Below are positions 59,754-64,000 of a stretch of DNA of 64,000 nucleotides, one piece after another. The notes below the pieces were generated by a model that had not been told where the DNA came from, made no database searches, and was given only the letters and a program-made list of their open reading frames with translations. The DNA is from Selaginella moellendorffii (lineage: Eukaryota > Plantae > Lycopodiophyta), in assembly GCF_000143415.4 (NCBI RefSeq), contig NW_003314368.1, positions 144,792 through 208,791 on the forward strand. Direction: 5' to 3'. The translations under genes and the position numbers were made by a program. The stretch's first letter is position 1; the number at the start of each line of letters is the position of its first letter.

Positions 59754-62700
59754 TTAAGTTGCTTTCTTCTTCTCTCTCACGTTTCTTGCTTCTCTCTCTT
59801 CTTCTCTTTGTGCATGATCATCAACAAACTTTGATATAAAAGTTGACTTTTCCTTAATGTACATGTTATAATGCTCTGAAGGCCTTTTCATAAACTCAAT
59901 TACAACTTTCACATGGGGAGGTATATCATTAAAAACTTTCTTCATAATAATGTGTTGAAACCATTATATGATGCTAGGATCACAATCTATTCCTAAGGCA
60001 TTGTGACCATAGTGTTGAGAAACAACTAAGAAAGCCTTTATGCCACTGAAGAAGTCAAGGATACAATCACTCTCATAGCAAAGGCGTCGCATAACCATGT
60101 TTACCAAAGCTTTTGACTTTTGTGAAAAAAGTTGCCTATAAAAAATATTATAGGTATTTTTTTGTTTAAAAAGAAATGATTTACCAAGTTTTACATTCAA
60201 TATCATCCATAATAATGTTAGCTAGTTCATGTTGGAGGAGATTTGATGAAAGGTTTAAAGGCAAAGCCACTTTTTCCCTTATTTCCATTCTCTTGTAGAA
60301 CAATAATATTGAGATAGCTTTGATCAATATTGCAAAATCAATTACTAATCAGGAAACACAAAAACTTTAAACATAACTACTTCTTGCCTCTAAAACCAGC
60401 CTATTTATAACTCTAGTATGTAGTCTTCAATTAAGACAAAGTGAGTTCGAGAAAACACCTCTACCATCCCAACTATCTGTGATGTCGTCCCAAAGGTTAA
60501 ACACCAACTAAAAGTCCCATAAAATTCATTTGCAAGATTAATATTGGAATAAAGCTAGGTTGGATCATTATCGTCATATTTCTTCATTATCCCCCCCCCC
60601 CCTCGGCAGCTCTAATGAAACCAAAAGGAAGTCAAGGATAACCAAGTCTAAAAAGTTATTCAATAAATGAGCACCAAAAAGATTAAAAGAAAAATTTACT
60701 TACTCAATGTGAAAGTTTATTAATAGAGAAACTCTGAGACTAGCAATACATAAACTTCAGTTCCTTGAGAATTAATTTATGCTGCTTAAAAGTCTCAATA
60801 TCTAGAGCTTTCTTATCTTCACCAATCTTAAAATCGTCATCAATATATTTCTTATATGTTTTATAGCCTCTTGAAGAATGAATTTAGCCAAGTTTTCTAC
60901 AACTCTATACTAGACAACAAAGTGGCCAAGTGCTTTTGGCATCTCATCTAGATCATTAATATATAGTTTCCACCCAAGCTTTCGAAAAAACTTTCTTCCA
61001 TTCTTCTTTGAAACTTAGACCTCTTCCACCTTAGGACTAGCAGGAAAAACACAATTAAATACAAATTAAATAAAGAAATTTTGTTAGCTTATTAGATGTA
61101 GTAAATGCCTCTAGTGTAGCATGCCTTCTCCTCTTCTTTTCCGACTGTGTCTTTACTTTGGTGGGTTTGTCAACATTGTCAAATTCCATAAAAAATCCCT
61201 TCTTAATGGTCGTGAGTTACTTCTCCTTGAACCACTCTTGCGCATGTGAATTCCACATTTCTTACTCCACCTTTGACACCACAGCAATGCCAAGATCGAC
61301 AATTTTCTTGCTTATAGTTTGTGACTCTAGTATGTTTAGGCAACTTATCATTCCTATACATATAAGTAGACAGCACAACAATAGTTGGAATCACCTTTTA
61401 CACAGATTTGAAGTACCTAAAAAATAAAGAAAATTAAAACTTGAAGGGTATAAAGTGATGGAAATGTTATCTATATCCAAGATGCTAACCAACTTTTTGC
61501 ATTACTACATCATTTATCTTGTCTCTCTGGTCTTCATTATCCTCCTCTTCAATCTCGGCCTTACTAGACACTAGTTGAAGTTGCAGCCAAATCTATAAAA
61601 TGCCAAACTTGAGCTCGCACTTGTTATAATACTTTAACACTATTTTGTACTTTAATTGATCTGCTCTAGAGAAGAGTTCTTCACCCACCTCCTTAACATA
61701 CTCAATTGCTTTTTCCACCACCTTGATGTTCATTACTTTTTTCCTCCACCACACTCAAAACGACTTATTAGTAGTCGAGATTGAAGAGTGGACAACTTTA
61801 GATGATCTACCAGCTACTCTTAACTCCTTAAATGCTACTAACTTATACAAATTTGGAATTCGTGCCAAATCCATTATGTTTAGCTTCTTGAACATACGTT
61901 ATTTATATTGTAGATCCTCTACATTGAAGCTCATGACAACATCAAACCATTCCTCTCTAAGATCCAGATGCGAGATGTTAATAAACTTCATCATCTTTAC
62001 TATATGTTTTTGCTTGATTTTGTACTCCTCTTAGCAGCAGCATCAATGTCAAGGCTCTTCTTCTTCAATCTCTCCAAGTCCTTATTGATGTCATACTAGA
62101 GAAGCAAAAAACTTGAAATAAGTGCTTTAGCAAGTTTAATTACCTCAAATAGAATGTGCGTGTAGATATATTGAGGGAACTTGGCAGAGTTATTGTGCTT
62201 TTTGGACAGCTACTGTCATGTTCAATTGGACCTTTTCCTCATCTGTGAGCTCATTTATAATCTTGCTAACATCTACTTGAAGAATGTTTTGCATAGCCAT
62301 AATCGTGTGTGGAAGAGTCATTTTAACTACAGCATCTTCATATTGCATACATAACAAAAATTATGTCAATGAAGAATTTAGAGAAGAAATGAGTATACCT
62401 ATTTACTGAAATCAAAGTCGTAATGAGTGCCATATGATCTTTGTCCTAGAACTCTATCACTGCAACATCTGCCATGACATAATATCTCAAAATCTCCTCA
62501 TTAGTTGGATTTAGATAGTTCAAATTTATCCATAAAACTATGTCTTGAGTTAGTGATTTCCCTCTCACATAAATAGCATCTGATTAGAAAGAACCTCCTT
62601 CTATTTGGCATAAGTCTCATCCCTTAAAGTGGCTTCGAATTTCATGTCAAGCCACTGCCATATCTCATTCTAAGAAGTTCTTTTCTCATTCAAAAGTATT

Positions 62701-63511
62701 GGACCCTTCACCACAATAAATTTAGATTCTATTTGCACAAAGCCTCATTGTTGAATGGAAAATTTGAGCTAGTCCACAATGTCCACTATAGATTACACCA
62801 CTAAATTTGTGATCATGCAGCATAAAGGCACTTGAGGAGGTGGAATTTTCTTCTGAAATAAATCCAAGACAACCTCCACTTTGAACTTCAAGGGACAATT
62901 GAATGAGTTTGTATCCAAAACTTCTTTTTGTGCTCATGGCTTTGCTTTCCACTTTTCCTTTCCTTTAACCCATCCTTGGGTTCCCTTGTAGTTATTCTTT
63001 TTTGTGCAACTTAACTCTTCAAAGGGTCAAAACCATCATCATCCTCTTCTTCATCTTATTATTGCTCCTCTTCCTCTTTAGACTCATCTTCAAATAATTC
63101 AAGTTTCTTTGTTTGCTCAGGATTCTTAGTTTCCTCACTTTCTTGAGGATTACTTAATGATGCTTAAGAAAGGTTCTCTCGCTTGTGCAACTCACTAAAG
63201 TCTAGAAAGAGTAAGCATAAACTTGAGAAAAAAATAAAAATAAAATAAGATCAATAATTGCAAATCAAGGTGGTTAAGTGTAAGAATCAACTCACTTACC
63301 ACCACTTGAGTGCCACCACCCAAGCTGCCATCGGGGGAGCCATGGCATTGCTCCCCCTCATATGGTAGCTCAGGTGGTGGCAAGTGCCACCACTTGGAGC
63401 TGCCATGGGGGGAGCCATAGCACCCTTCCCCCTCATACAGTAGCTCGGGTGGTGGCAAGTCCCACCACTTGGACTTGCCATGAGGGGAGCCATGGCATCA
63501 CTCCCTCTCAT
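59754..63511 (-). pseudogene. Decayed multi-exon gene: ParB/Srx-like domain + beta-class amino-DNA methyltransferase
   Basis: M*EGNH*LKT* at 62538-62570; DLVILD-xPFG at 60621-60648; SQKSKALV..ESDCILDFFSG..GHNALGIDCDP at ~59977-60125; several GT..AG short introns. Confidence 0.65.
63323..63511 (-). repeat. 75-bp tandem repeat (about 2.5 copies)
   Basis: GAGCCAT anchor at 63337, 63412, 63487. Confidence 0.9.
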
Positions 63512-64000
63512 GTAGTAATGTGATTTGTAGTTGATTCTTGTGGTTAGGGTTTCTTAAGGTAGGCAAGCTCGATCTGCCACGAGAGCTCGGGTGGGGCTAT
63601 GGCAGTATGGAGAGAGTGCTTCTTATTTATGTGCTTGTTACTCCTTACTATGCTCAACCCACAATTTTAATGCTGATATCAGCCCTAGATCCCCCTTAAA
63701 CCCCTAAATCAATTTTGGAGAAAATGAAATAAACTTATAGTTGTAAGAATTTACTGTTATTAATGATTTAATTTTTCTTGTAAGATGTTATGAGACACAA
63801 ATCAAGCCCCAAAGTAGAGTAGAACGGTGCCATATAGTAATGGTTTAAATGAAAGTCCAACAAGCATAACATCTTTGGACCAAAGGCTAGCAGGAGGACT
63901 TTAATGAAGCCAGTTTGGCCAAGAAAGGAAGGAAAGGTATACCCACTTGTTGGGTGATGATATATCCAATTAAGAGTCCAAGGCTAAAGTGAATATAGAC

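Noticed and set aside
60591-60602. C12 homopolymer as a G-quadruplex or regulatory signal
   Set aside because: Most simply slippage within a dead gene

Overview
Eukaryotic land-plant nuclear DNA with very compact genes (introns mostly 45-110 bp, intergenic gaps down to a few bp). The style, PLS-PPR and F-box content suggest the lycophyte Selaginella; that is inference, not verified. Gene-dense blocks (1-19 kb, 36-57 kb) hold a TRFL telomere-binding Myb protein, ORP3, F-box genes, a divergent cyclophilin, a PLS-E PPR, a frameshifted strictosidine-synthase-like gene, proteasome alpha-2, a complex I small subunit, a DCD protein, ataxin-3, GPX, HST, NOP4/RBM28, UreD and two germins. Two AT-rich decayed blocks lie at 21.4-35 kb and 59.4-64 kb. 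The top finding is a decayed multi-exon gene at 59.75-63.5 kb (minus strand). It reads as a ParB/Srx-like domain (W-E-G-N-H-R-L) fused to a prokaryote-type beta-class amino (N6A/N4C) DNA methyltransferase, probably carried by a mobile element. Other highlights: an array of 11 exon + GC-AG intron units; a double-hairpin element inserted twice without TSD after GATG; a 5S internal-promoter fragment (Cassandra/SINE3-like); a hAT element with an adjacent ~440-bp deletion; and duplicated genes shredded by serial deletions. All alignments were done by eye, so exon boundaries and relic coordinates are approximate.
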